64,000 nt of DNA, taken from assembly GCA_965652295.1 (NCBI GenBank), contig CBFGTS010000009.1, positions 32,001-96,000 on the forward strand, read 5' to 3'. Numbering within the stretch: the stretch's first letter is position 1; each line of letters starts with the position of its first letter. The stretch is from an uncultured Haloferula sp. (GTDB lineage Bacteria; Verrucomicrobiota; Verrucomicrobiia; Verrucomicrobiales; Akkermansiaceae). Below the pieces are notes generated by a model that saw nothing but the letters and a program-made list of their open reading frames with translations, searched no databases and was not told the origin of the DNA. Below are positions 1 to 9,254 of the stretch, piece by piece. The translations under genes were made by a program, and so were the position numbers.

Positions 1-304
1 AAACCACCCCGCGGTGCTGAGCCGACTTTCCGAGATCCTCGTCTTCATCCATTCCCAAGGCCTGCTCAACGGCATCAACCGCCGCGTCCTGACCTACGAA
101 TTCCTGCAAAACAACGACGACGCCGTTTCCTCCGCGATCGCGAACTACGACGGAAACGCAGGATCACTCGAAGACGTAATACGCAGAGCGGGCAATATCG
201 AGTGGGATAGCAACCTCAAGAGGCTTCTCAACCAAGGGCTTATCGACGCCCACACCTACGTCAACGCCCGCATGAACCGGGACGACTCCCAGGAAATTCT
301 CTGA
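1..304 (+). CDS. PilT/PilU-like retraction ATPase, C-terminal part (5' truncated by window edge)
   Basis: Open frame from base 2 to TGA at 304. HSQGLL...RRVLTYEFL and GNIEWDSNLKRLLNQGLI resemble PilT C-terminal SQ.L...RV...E+L and GMQT.D..L..L...G.I. Lies directly upstream of a pilin. Confidence 0.65.
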   Translation, partial: NHPAVLSRLSEILVFIHSQGLLNGINRRVLTYEFLQNNDDAVSSAIANYDGNAGSLEDVIRRAGNIEWDSNLKRLLNQGLIDAHTYVNARMNRDDSQEIL

Positions 305-399
305 CCTCAGAAACACCCTCTCGAGATGCCGGAACCGACCGAAGCGAACCGCCGGAAAGAACCGCTCTCAGGAAACCAAAGACAAACACACACCAACAC

Positions 400-792
400 A
401 TGAAACTGCAAAAACTGAACAAGCGTGCGAAGGGCATGACCCTCCTGGAACTGACCGTGGTCATCCTGGTCCTCCTCTCGCTCATCTCGATCCTCTTCGT
501 CGGCGCCCGCGCCTGGAAGAAGGGTTCCGACCGCGCCGGCTGCATCATGAACATCCGCAACGTGCAACAAGCCGTTCGGGGTCATCAGAACATGTCGAAC
601 AAGACCACCGCGGACAACATCGTGACGACCGAGATCATCGGTTCCAACGGCTACATCGAAACCACTCCTTCCTGCCCGTCGGGTGGCACCTACACCTTGG
701 CCAGCACCTATCCGGCCATCGGTTCCGCTGCCTACACCTGCAGCAATTCCACCACCCTCCAGCACGCTCCCGACAGCACCGCCGGCTGGTGA
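400..792 (+). CDS. Type IV pilin (probable major pilin) with class III signal peptide
   Basis: Basic leader KLNKRAKG, then MTLLELTVVILVLLSLISILF (G-1, E5, hydrophobic helix). 130 aa, A/C-rich leader upstream, strong hairpin downstream. Confidence 0.9.
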   Translation: MKLQKLNKRAKGMTLLELTVVILVLLSLISILFVGARAWKKGSDRAGCIMNIRNVQQAVRGHQNMSNKTTADNIVTTEIIGSNGYIETTPSCPSGGTYTLASTYPAIGSAAYTCSNSTTLQHAPDSTAGW

Positions 793-840
793 ATGATTTC
801 CCGGCGGCCGGGTCTCCTGGCCTGACCGCCTGACTTCCCA

Positions 841-877
841 CCGCCCCCTGCCATCGCTTGGCAGGGGGCGGCTTTCC
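841..877 (+). terminator. Strong hairpin after pilin (terminator/stabiliser)
   Basis: Perfect 13-bp stem CCGCCCCCTGCCA-tcgct-TGGCAGGGGGCGG followed by CTTT. Confidence 0.7.
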
Positions 878-933
878 CACATCCCCCACCCCACTCTCCC
901 CCCGGTTCGTGCAAAACCGTTTTCCTTACACCC

Positions 934-2742
934 TTGGTTACCCACCACCACCCTTCCGAGCTGAACCTGTTTCAGCAGTACCGTCAGGTCGCCTCGTTCC
1001 TTCGTGGAACGAGCCGCGCCACGAATGACGGTTGGTACCGGTCTCCTCTGGAGCAGGACTTCCAGCTCCACGTCCGCTACGACGGCGACGCTTTCCATTC
1101 CCGCTGCTATCACCGCCCGACGGACACCTGGACCCAGGGTCCCGTCATCGATGAAGAACGGATCTCCAGCCCCGAGCAAGCTCCGCTGTTAGGGAAAGAA
1201 CTGGTGACCTTGGCGAAAGCCGCCGGGGCCACTTCCATCGGGGTAATCCTGCACATCGCCGAAGAGTTCGCCACGGCCGAGATCAATCCCGAACTCGACA
1301 ACCCCGGCGCCCTCCCCGAGCTGAAGGAAACGGTGGTCGTCGACCCCAAGTCCGTCCTTCACGACACCTCCCTTCCCATTGACGGCCACTCCTGGCGTCT
1401 CGTCCCCTACCCCGCCGCGGGCGCGGAAACCATCGCCACGGCCGTCACGCTTTCACGCCGTCACGAGGCCTTCCTTTCCCACCTCCGGGACTTCGGCAAC
1501 CGCCAGAATTTCCCGATCACTACGATCGCCACCAGCGCGCCCCTGATCGCGCTCCTCACGCTGGTCGACCTGAAGACGAGCGAGACCGAGCAGCCCTTCC
1601 TCGTGGTGATGCCCTATGCGCGCTTCACCGTCCTGGCCTGCTTCAACGGCCACGGCGACCTCCAGCTTCTCCGCACCCTCCAGCACCGGGGTCAGCGCAG
1701 GCCCTCCAATCTCCGGCATGCCGCCGCGACCACCGCCACCGCGCTCGAAATGTCGGCCCCGGAGATCTTCGTCCTGCCGATGAGTGAAAGTCCCGATCCC
1801 CAGCTCGAAGCCGATCTGCGGATGGTATTTCCGGATTCCCTGATCCACGTCACGAACTGGTCCCGGACCCCTTACCACATTCCCGCCCTCCCCGGCGTGT
1901 CGCCCGAGATGGTGGCGTCGGTCCGGCCCGAGCCGGAGGGCGAGCTTCCTCTGAAGTCCTCGCACACTTTCTCCACTCTCCGTGCCGAGGGCTGGACTAC
2001 GCAGGACTTCCTTCCGGTTCCTCCGGAAAGCGCGGCCATTTACCCGGCGAGGCAGGAAATGAAGCTCCTCCGCGCCGCCCGCTTCACCCGCTACGGCTTG
2101 GTCGTGGCCACGGTGGTCGGACTCGGTTGGGTCGGCCTCGGCATCATCGACATGATGCGCAAGCCCGAGTGGAACTTCCAACCGGGCGAAGCCGGAGTGG
2201 TCGCCGCGAAGCTCCGGGCCTACAACGCCGAACAGGCCCGCCTGGTGGCCTGGGACAATCTCCTCGAGGACCGCTCCAAAGCATGGGCGACCATGGAGAT
2301 GCTTGCCCGTTTCTTCCCTGAAAAGTCCGGAATGCTCGTTCGCTCGTTCTCGCATACCGTGAACCCCCAGGTCCAGCCCGGCGGCGGCAAGGCCGGCTTC
2401 ACCAAGCAATGGAACATCTCGGGCCTCGCCCGCGACGAAGCGCTCGAAAAGCACCTCGCCGATTTCAGCACCAGCCAGGGGATGGCAGCGGCTTTCTCCG
2501 AAATCGCCCGTGTCACCGGCATCCAGGCATTCCGCTCCGACCTCCCCACCCGCAACATCGTAGTCAACATCCGCACCATGGAGAACGCCTCGTGGAAGGA
2601 CAAACCGCCGGAGGAAATGGAGGACACCGACGAGTCCACCTATCCCTATCTCTTCGAGCTGGTCATCACCCAACGTTTCGAGGCGGACGATCCGCTCGCT
2701 CTCGCAGTCGCCGCCGCCCCGAAACCGCCGGCGAAACCCTGA
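934..2742 (+). CDS. Putative fused PilM/PilN-like (GspL-like) alignment-complex protein
   Basis: ~385-aa soluble N-region, one TM (YGLVVATVVGLGWVGLGII), coiled coil, then PilN-like R..W...E.LARFFP...VRSF...ISGLA. Sits between pilin and PilO-like gene. Start codon uncertain (TTG). Confidence 0.6.
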   Translation: MVTHHHPSELNLFQQYRQVASFLRGTSRATNDGWYRSPLEQDFQLHVRYDGDAFHSRCYHRPTDTWTQGPVIDEERISSPEQAPLLGKELVTLAKAAGATSIGVILHIAEEFATAEINPELDNPGALPELKETVVVDPKSVLHDTSLPIDGHSWRLVPYPAAGAETIATAVTLSRRHEAFLSHLRDFGNRQNFPITTIATSAPLIALLTLVDLKTSETEQPFLVVMPYARFTVLACFNGHGDLQLLRTLQHRGQRRPSNLRHAAATTATALEMSAPEIFVLPMSESPDPQLEADLRMVFPDSLIHVTNWSRTPYHIPALPGVSPEMVASVRPEPEGELPLKSSHTFSTLRAEGWTTQDFLPVPPESAAIYPARQEMKLLRAARFTRYGLVVATVVGLGWVGLGIIDMMRKPEWNFQPGEAGVVAAKLRAYNAEQARLVAWDNLLEDRSKAWATMEMLARFFPEKSGMLVRSFSHTVNPQVQPGGGKAGFTKQWNISGLARDEALEKHLADFSTSQGMAAAFSEIARVTGIQAFRSDLPTRNIVVNIRTMENASWKDKPPEEMEDTDESTYPYLFELVITQRFEADDPLALAVAAAPKPPAKP

Positions 2743-2754
2743 ACTCTTTCTGAA

Positions 2755-3285
2755 ATGTCCCTTTACCGGAACTCCATCGCCGTCTTCGGCTTCGCTCTTC
2801 CCACCGTCATCACCGTCGTGGTGGTCGCGGCGGCCTTTGTGGCCAAAGGAAAGGTCCAGGCCTCGTTCGACGAGAAAATGAGCAAGTTCACCGGCTACAA
2901 GCAGAACCGGGTGCATGTCTTGAACCTGGAGAGACAACTGGCCGAAAAGCGCGAGCTCGCCTCGCACTGGGAAGAACTCCTGAGCCGCGGCACCGCCAGT
3001 TCAGTCACCTCGAATCTCCGCCAGATCAGCGAAAAGCTCCCTTCCAAGGAATTCCAGGTCACCAGCCAGTCCACTCCTCCTGCCAAGGCCGGCTTCGGCT
3101 CCGCCTCCGCACAGAATTCGATCCAGGTGAAACTCGGCTTCCGCGGCACCTTCCGCTCGATGCAGAAGGCCTTCCTCGAACTCGAAACGCGGATGCCCCA
3201 CTTGCAGCTCCAGGAGCTCCGTATTTCCCCGGGTCAAACCAGCAACCTCAGCTTTGACGTCGCCTTCACCGCGTGGACCCCATGA
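2755..3285 (+). CDS. PilO/GspM-like protein
   Basis: N-terminal TM, coiled coil, then V.L.F.G.F......L..LE..MP.L....L.I ferredoxin-like pattern; operon position. Confidence 0.65.
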   Translation: MSLYRNSIAVFGFALPTVITVVVVAAAFVAKGKVQASFDEKMSKFTGYKQNRVHVLNLERQLAEKRELASHWEELLSRGTASSVTSNLRQISEKLPSKEFQVTSQSTPPAKAGFGSASAQNSIQVKLGFRGTFRSMQKAFLELETRMPHLQLQELRISPGQTSNLSFDVAFTAWTP

Positions 3286-3935
3286 AGACCACCCTCGCTC
3301 TCTACAGCCTGCTGATCCTCGCGTCGGCAGCTCAAACTTTGACGCCCTCGGACGCGGATCTTCCGATCCCGGTGGAGGATCCGGCGGTCGTCGCCCCGGC
3401 GACCGCTGACCCCGAGCTGATCAACACGCCTTCCCGCAACGTCGGGCTGGATGTGGAGGCGTATGTCAACAGCGTCCTCAGCTCGCTGGACATGCGGAAC
3501 CGCAAACTCGACCCCTTCGGTCGCTATCAGGACCCCGCTTACAAGCCCATTCAAGCACCTCAGCTGACCCGTCATGCGACAAGAGCACGGGCCGTGAAAA
3601 TCCCGCTGTCCGATCACATCCGGCTGCTCCCCATTTCGATGGTCAATCCCGCCGGCGGCGAGTTTCTCATCGCGGCCAGCACCTACCGCGTCGGCGACGT
3701 ATTGAAGCTCAAAACCAGCGCGGCCGAGCCCCTTCGCGTGAAAGTGCTCTCCATCCGCACCGACAGCGTCACCTTCGAGGATCTCGCCACCGGTGAGACC
3801 GCCGCAAAGGATCTCACCATTCTCCCGGACGGCATGAGCCGTGGCGGAGAAGACATCCACCCACCCGGCCTCGTTCCGAAGTCCGACGATCACACCATCG
3901 ACCTCACCGACGAGGATCCTTTGTCCCAACGGTAA
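3282..3935 (+). CDS. Exported protein, positionally PilP/GspC-like
   Basis: ATGA overlap with upstream gene; signal peptide MKTTLALYSLLILASAA; RxDPF motif and Y.VGD...KV.SI....V.F beta domain typical of PilP/GspC-HR; precedes secretin. Confidence 0.55.
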   Translation: MKTTLALYSLLILASAAQTLTPSDADLPIPVEDPAVVAPATADPELINTPSRNVGLDVEAYVNSVLSSLDMRNRKLDPFGRYQDPAYKPIQAPQLTRHATRARAVKIPLSDHIRLLPISMVNPAGGEFLIAASTYRVGDVLKLKTSAAEPLRVKVLSIRTDSVTFEDLATGETAAKDLTILPDGMSRGGEDIHPPGLVPKSDDHTIDLTDEDPLSQR

Positions 3936-3956
3936 ACACCCTGCCGCACCCACGCC

Positions 3957-5804
3957 ATGAAACGCATTGCCACCCTTACCCTTGTTTCGGCGCTCGCAGT
4001 CCACGCACAGACACAGCTCGAGCCTGACCTTTCCCCCAATCCCGCCGAACAAAGCTCCCTGCCGGACCTTCCGCCTCCTCCCGCGGAGACCCAACCCGCA
4101 GGTGCCGGGCAGCTTGGCGATTTGATCGCGGACGGCCCGTCTGACAGCGCTCCCCCTCTCTCTTCCCCACCTCCCACCACTTCACTGTCTCCCGACGAAG
4201 AACAGCTTCCCTCCGTGGAACCGGTCACGCCTCCCGACGAAACGCCTGTCGCGGATGTGCAGCAGGAAGAGGACGCCATTCTGCAATCCGACGAGGGCTA
4301 CCTCATCAAGGACGCGCCGCTCAACGACATCTTCCAGTTCCTCGCCAAACAGGCCGGCCGGCAGTATTTCCACAACGTCAAGATCTCGACCCCGGACTAC
4401 CGCGTCACCGGTCACCTCAACGACGGCGATCCTCTCCAACAAATGGAAGAGCTCGCCTTCATGTACGGGCTGGAACTCTACACCAAGGGAAACACCGTCT
4501 ACGCCCTCACCCAGACGCAGCTCACCCAGCTCCCCAGCACCGAGGCCACCTACAAGCTCAACTACCTGCGTCCGAGCGACGCCGAACAGATCACCGCCCT
4601 CGTCAAGGACGTGCTCAGCCCCGGCACCGGCATCGTCAAGTTCGAGCCCAAGACCAACACCCTGATCCTCATCGACACCGCCCGTCGCATCGACCAGGCC
4701 AAAGCACTGCTGCGCAAAATCGACCAACCAAAGGGCCAGATCATCGTCGAAACGAAGATCCTCCGGATCAACAGCACGGCAGCGAAGCGAACCGGCGTCA
4801 GCTGGGCGGCATCCCTCGGAGAAACCGGAACCACCATCGAAGCCGCGCGGAGCCTGAATTCCATCTTCGGCATCAGCTCGGCGTGGGATGAAGAGTCGAT
4901 CGTCACCTCGACAGGAGTTGGTGAACTCTACGGCGCGACGGAAAACCTCGTGCTCAGTCCGGTTCAAATCCGAGGCGTTCTTCGCGCTCTGGCCGAAGGA
5001 GGCATCGCCACCCAGGTTTCCAACCCCACGCTCATCACGGAGGACAACGAGCAGGGAACCATCTCGATCATCGATCGCGTCCCGATCATCACCACTACCA
5101 CCAACACCGGTGGCAGTCTGGGCGGCTCCAGCGTCAGCGAGGAAGTCCGCTACAAGATCGACGAGAGTGATCCGACCATCACGGAGGACCCGGAAAAGCA
5201 CCGCGAGATCGGCATTTCCATGGTGGCTACCCCGACTCTGCTTCCCGATGGTACCATCCGGATGAACCTCCGTCCACGCTCCGCCCAAATCACCGATCAG
5301 ATTCGGAGTGCTCAGACCGAGAACGTCTACCCCCGTGTCACCGAATCGATGATCGATTCCACCGCACGTGTGCCGGACGGCTTCTCGCTCGTCGTCGGAG
5401 GCTTCTACGGCGAAGTCGAGTCGAAGGATCGCAACAAGGTCCCCGTGCTCGGAGACATCCCCGTCCTCAACTTCTTCTTCAAGAGCAAGGAAACGGTGAA
5501 GGAACAGACGAGCCTGGTGTTCATCGTCACCCCGACCTCCTACGATCCCACCGATCGCGCAGCGACCGGCCGCCATTCGAACCGCGTGCATCACTCCCTG
5601 AACCTCACCCGCGATCACGAATGGGTCGACCCCTTGAACCCCGGCCCGGCCCACGAACCGAACCTCCGCCGGGCCATCCGCGGGCTCCAGCCTGAAGAGG
5701 CTCCCTACTACCCGACGCCCGAAGAAGTCGAGCAGGCAAGGATTCACCGCGAAGCGGTTTCCGCCGGTGAGAGCCGTCCACGCTTCAGCCGCGCGCGCCG
5801 GTGA
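3957..5804 (+). CDS. Secretin (PilQ/GspD family)
   Basis: Signal peptide, Pro-rich linker, IKDAPLNDIFQFLAKQAG N-domain, IDQPKGQIIVETKIL, KVPVLGDIPVLNFFFKS and LVFIVTP secretin signatures. Confidence 0.92.
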   Translation: MKRIATLTLVSALAVHAQTQLEPDLSPNPAEQSSLPDLPPPPAETQPAGAGQLGDLIADGPSDSAPPLSSPPPTTSLSPDEEQLPSVEPVTPPDETPVADVQQEEDAILQSDEGYLIKDAPLNDIFQFLAKQAGRQYFHNVKISTPDYRVTGHLNDGDPLQQMEELAFMYGLELYTKGNTVYALTQTQLTQLPSTEATYKLNYLRPSDAEQITALVKDVLSPGTGIVKFEPKTNTLILIDTARRIDQAKALLRKIDQPKGQIIVETKILRINSTAAKRTGVSWAASLGETGTTIEAARSLNSIFGISSAWDEESIVTSTGVGELYGATENLVLSPVQIRGVLRALAEGGIATQVSNPTLITEDNEQGTISIIDRVPIITTTTNTGGSLGGSSVSEEVRYKIDESDPTITEDPEKHREIGISMVATPTLLPDGTIRMNLRPRSAQITDQIRSAQTENVYPRVTESMIDSTARVPDGFSLVVGGFYGEVESKDRNKVPVLGDIPVLNFFFKSKETVKEQTSLVFIVTPTSYDPTDRAATGRHSNRVHHSLNLTRDHEWVDPLNPGPAHEPNLRRAIRGLQPEEAPYYPTPEEVEQARIHREAVSAGESRPRFSRARR

Positions 5805-6397
5805 GCGATGCCGGCCCCGCCCCCATGAGCGCTTCCTCCATGTTCACCCATCACGATCCGGCCCACACCGCCGAGATCGAAAAGCTCCGTGAGCAGTGCT
5901 TCGAGCAAAGCATCATCGCCCTCCAACGCGCAGGCCTGGCGGGCGAGCCCGAGATACGCAAGCTTGAAGAGCGGTTCCTGCTGGTCCCGATCGATCGAGA
6001 TCCGGAGGACATCTTGATTCTGCTCGCACGAATGCAGGGAACGGAAGAGGAGCACCTCGGAACCGAGGTGGCGCGCCTGGCCCATCTCCTTTCCCCGGTG
6101 ATCCCCTCGTGCCCGCCGCTCATTCCCTTTGCCGGGAAACTGATGGCACCCTCGGCCTTCTACGAGTCCTTCACCCTGATCCACGAGACTGCCCGCGCCT
6201 TGCGGAGCCCCGTGATCTTCGCCGAAGACACCGACGCGATCGGGGTGGCCTCCCTGAACCCGGTCGCTGCGCTGCTCCTTTCCGAAGCCATCATCGCCAC
6301 AGTGAACAAACGCTTCGCGATCCGACCGTTCGTCACCACCGCCCGGCTCGACTACGACAGCTGGGTCTTCCTCACCCGCAAACACTTCGGCCTGTGA
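5801..6397 (+). CDS. Hypothetical protein resembling the PilB/GspE N-terminal (N1) domain
   Basis: GTGA-coupled on both sides. SPVIFAEDTDAIGVASLNP aligns with SPICINGDKLIVALANP in the adjacent PilB. Confidence 0.55.
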   Translation: MSDAGPAPMSASSMFTHHDPAHTAEIEKLREQCFEQSIIALQRAGLAGEPEIRKLEERFLLVPIDRDPEDILILLARMQGTEEEHLGTEVARLAHLLSPVIPSCPPLIPFAGKLMAPSAFYESFTLIHETARALRSPVIFAEDTDAIGVASLNPVAALLLSEAIIATVNKRFAIRPFVTTARLDYDSWVFLTRKHFGL

Positions 6398-8088
6398 TCG
6401 AGTTCGACGGCATCTCTTTCAATGAGCTGATCAGCAGCCACATCATGAGGGCGCTGGCCCACCATGATGCGCAGTTCACCGAACTGCCGCAGGACCAGGT
6501 GCCGAACCGCGTGACGCGGAACTGCTTCATGGCCGCGCTCGCCCGCATCAACGGCCTGCCCTTCTTTCCCAAGGTCGCGGAGTTCTGCGAGCCATCCCTG
6601 CACGCCTACTGCGATCCCACCGTCCTCACCCGCGGATTCTTCAGCCCCATCTGCATCAATGGCGACAAACTCATCGTCGCCCTCGCCAACCCCTGGAGCC
6701 CGCTTCCCGAGGAATACCTCGCGCCCCGCTTCCCGGACCTGGAGATCGTCAAGATCGTCACCCTCGCGTCCGAGATCAGCCGTGCGATTGAATCCGTCGC
6801 TTCCAGCTCCGGACCCAGCCGCTCGGAACTCGAGGCGATCGATGTCGAGGACCAGGACGACGACATCCACGACTTCGACGTCACCACCGACTACACCGAG
6901 CCGATGGCCCAGCTTGTGGCCACCATCATGGCGGATGCCGTGAAACAACGGGCGTCGGACATTCACTTCAAGGTCGAGAAGGAGGTCTTCTACTACACCT
7001 TCCGGATCGACGGAGACTTGCAGCCGAAGGTCGAGATTCCGATGAAACTCAAGGATCGCCTCGACGCGTTCCTGCTGAACCTCATGAAGCTGCCCACCGA
7101 GATCCGCAACACGGCTCCGGGCATCTCCGGCCGTTTCACGATCTCCTATTTCCACCGTCCCATCGACATCCGCTACGAGCGTCACCGTACTTACCGCGGC
7201 TATCACGCCACCATGCGTCTGCTCGACAAGGGCCACCTCAACGTGACCCTCGGAAAAGGCACGCTCGCCTTTGACGAGGAGACGATGTTCGAGCTCTACA
7301 AGGTGATGAAGATCCCCGCCGGGATCATCGTCATGTCCGGCCCCACGGGCTCCGGCAAGTCCACCACCCTCAATGCCATCCTGCGGGAACTGAACCGACC
7401 GGAGGTCAACATCCTCACGCTGGAAAACCCGGTCGAGGACGAGGTGCCGGGCATCACCCACTGCGACCTCAAAAGCGCCAAGGAGTTCAAACCGATGATC
7501 AGCTCCTTCATGCGGAGCGACCCCGACATCATTCTCATGGGCGAGGTGCGGGATATCGAGTCCGCCGAGCTCGCCATCGAGGCCGCCGTCACCGGCCACA
7601 AGGTACTCACCACCATCCACACCCCGCGCGCGTCGCAAATCATCGAACGTTTCGAGCAGCTCGGGATCGAGCGCTGGAAAATTGCCCAGACCCTCAAGGC
7701 CGCCTGTGCCCAGCGCCTGGTGAAAGTCCTCTGCCCCTATTGCAAGGAACCCCAGCCCGGTGTCGATGCCACGAATCGACGGGTCTTCTGCCTCGATGAA
7801 AGCTGGGCGTCGACCCCCGTGAACACCGCCAAATCCGGCGGCTGCTCCGAATGCCGGCAAACCGGCTACAGCGGGCGGACCGCCATTCTTGAGATCATCC
7901 CCATCACCCCGAAGATCTCCGATCAGCTCTCGAAGGGGGAAATCTCCCCTTACGAACTGGAAGTGAGGATCCAGGAAGAGGGAATCCTCCCCAACCTTCG
8001 CCGTAGCGGCCTCCGCCTCCTTCGGGAGGGAAAAACCGACCTCGCCGCCGTGTCGAAGGTCATCGACATGACCTACTCCGATGACTAG
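6394..8088 (+). CDS. PilB/GspE family extension ATPase
   Basis: RASDIHF, Walker A GPTGSGKST, Walker B DIILMGEVRD, His box TGHKVLTTIHT, tetracysteine CPYC...CSEC. GTG start overlaps upstream stop. Confidence 0.95.
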   Translation: MIEFDGISFNELISSHIMRALAHHDAQFTELPQDQVPNRVTRNCFMAALARINGLPFFPKVAEFCEPSLHAYCDPTVLTRGFFSPICINGDKLIVALANPWSPLPEEYLAPRFPDLEIVKIVTLASEISRAIESVASSSGPSRSELEAIDVEDQDDDIHDFDVTTDYTEPMAQLVATIMADAVKQRASDIHFKVEKEVFYYTFRIDGDLQPKVEIPMKLKDRLDAFLLNLMKLPTEIRNTAPGISGRFTISYFHRPIDIRYERHRTYRGYHATMRLLDKGHLNVTLGKGTLAFDEETMFELYKVMKIPAGIIVMSGPTGSGKSTTLNAILRELNRPEVNILTLENPVEDEVPGITHCDLKSAKEFKPMISSFMRSDPDIILMGEVRDIESAELAIEAAVTGHKVLTTIHTPRASQIIERFEQLGIERWKIAQTLKAACAQRLVKVLCPYCKEPQPGVDATNRRVFCLDESWASTPVNTAKSGGCSECRQTGYSGRTAILEIIPITPKISDQLSKGEISPYELEVRIQEEGILPNLRRSGLRLLREGKTDLAAVSKVIDMTYSDD

Positions 8089-9226
8089 TTCCACCACCAC
8101 CGCCCAAAGCGCCGCCACCGCTGCCAAGAAGGAAGGAAAGAAGTCCATCCTCGACATCCAGATCGGCGGAGCCGGCAAGGTGAAGCCCTTCAACAAGAAG
8201 GAGCTCGTCGGCGTTTTCCGCGGCCTCAGCTCGATGCTCCGGGCCCAGATCAACACCGCCGACGCCCTGAAGTACTACAGCCAGGGGCTGCCGAACAAAG
8301 TCATGGTCGATGCGCTGACCCAGGTCCGGGAAGACATCACCGCCGGCGTGAGCGTCCATGAAGCTTTCCGCCGCACGGGACGTTTCAGCGACATGGTCAT
8401 CGGCCTCATCCAGGCCGGCACTGACGCCGGCCAGCTCGGCCAGGCCTTCTCCTCGCTGGCTGCGCGTTTCACCTCGGAACTCTACTTCTCCAAGGCCATC
8501 CGCAAGGCGACCACGATGCCCGCAGTGGTGATCGGCATCCTCTCGGGAGCCTTCATCGTCTCGCAGGTGAAAATCGTGCCCCAGGTCGAAGAAATGCTCG
8601 CCTCGGTCCGGCAGGAGCCGGAGGGCCTCACCGCGATCTCTTTCGCCATCGCCCACACCACCCAGAATGTCTGGCCCATCGTGGTCGCGATCATCGTCGG
8701 CACCATCGTCGCCATCTGGCGCTCGAACCAGCTGCGGAATTTCATCCTCGGCCTGCTGATGTCGAAGTGGCGCCTGCTGCGCCTGCTCATCATGAGCCTG
8801 CGGCAGATGACCTTTCTCTCCACCCTCAGGCTGCTCCACGCGAACGGCATCAACCTCGCCAAGGCGATCCGCGTGTCCGCCAACAGCGTCAGGGGAACCC
8901 CCCTCTACAACGAGCTCCGCGACGCCGCGGAGAAGTACGAGAAATCCGGCGTGCCGCTCTCGACCGCATTCTCGAAATACACCTCGGTGGACACCCAGGT
9001 CGTCCACATGCTGTCGATCGGCGAAAAATCCGCCTCCCTCGACAACCAGCTCGAGATGCTCTCCACGATGTATGAGGAAGACGCCGAGAACCACATGAGC
9101 GCTTTCACCGCGATGGTGAACTTCATCGTCCTGCTCATCGCCGTCGGCCTCATCGCCGCCGTCTTCATCGGCACCTTCCTCCCGATCTTCCTCATGGGTC
9201 CGAAGATGATGAACGCAGGGATGTGA
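8081..9226 (+). CDS. PilC/GspF inner-membrane platform protein
   Basis: Two T2SSF repeats (FRGLSSMLRA...IQAGTDAGQL; FLSTLRLL...SIGEKSASL) and three TM segments. Confidence 0.92.
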   Translation: MTSSTTTAQSAATAAKKEGKKSILDIQIGGAGKVKPFNKKELVGVFRGLSSMLRAQINTADALKYYSQGLPNKVMVDALTQVREDITAGVSVHEAFRRTGRFSDMVIGLIQAGTDAGQLGQAFSSLAARFTSELYFSKAIRKATTMPAVVIGILSGAFIVSQVKIVPQVEEMLASVRQEPEGLTAISFAIAHTTQNVWPIVVAIIVGTIVAIWRSNQLRNFILGLLMSKWRLLRLLIMSLRQMTFLSTLRLLHANGINLAKAIRVSANSVRGTPLYNELRDAAEKYEKSGVPLSTAFSKYTSVDTQVVHMLSIGEKSASLDNQLEMLSTMYEEDAENHMSAFTAMVNFIVLLIAVGLIAAVFIGTFLPIFLMGPKMMNAGM

Positions 9227-9254
9227 TCCCGACCCGATCCCAAGGCACCGACCC

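Noticed and set aside
325..378. Repeated GGAA motifs upstream of the pilin as CsrA sites or small RNA
   Set aside because: Only three short matches with no convincing stem-loop presentation; insufficient support.
6109..6393. N-terminal extension of the PilB ORF
   Set aside because: Arg/Pro-rich off-frame read of the upstream gene; GTG at 6394 overlapping the stop is the better start.
1453..8256. Long minus-strand ORFs (1453-2967, 4182-5747, 6352-8256)
   Set aside because: Antisense shadows of well-supported plus-strand genes, expected in GC-rich DNA; no motifs.
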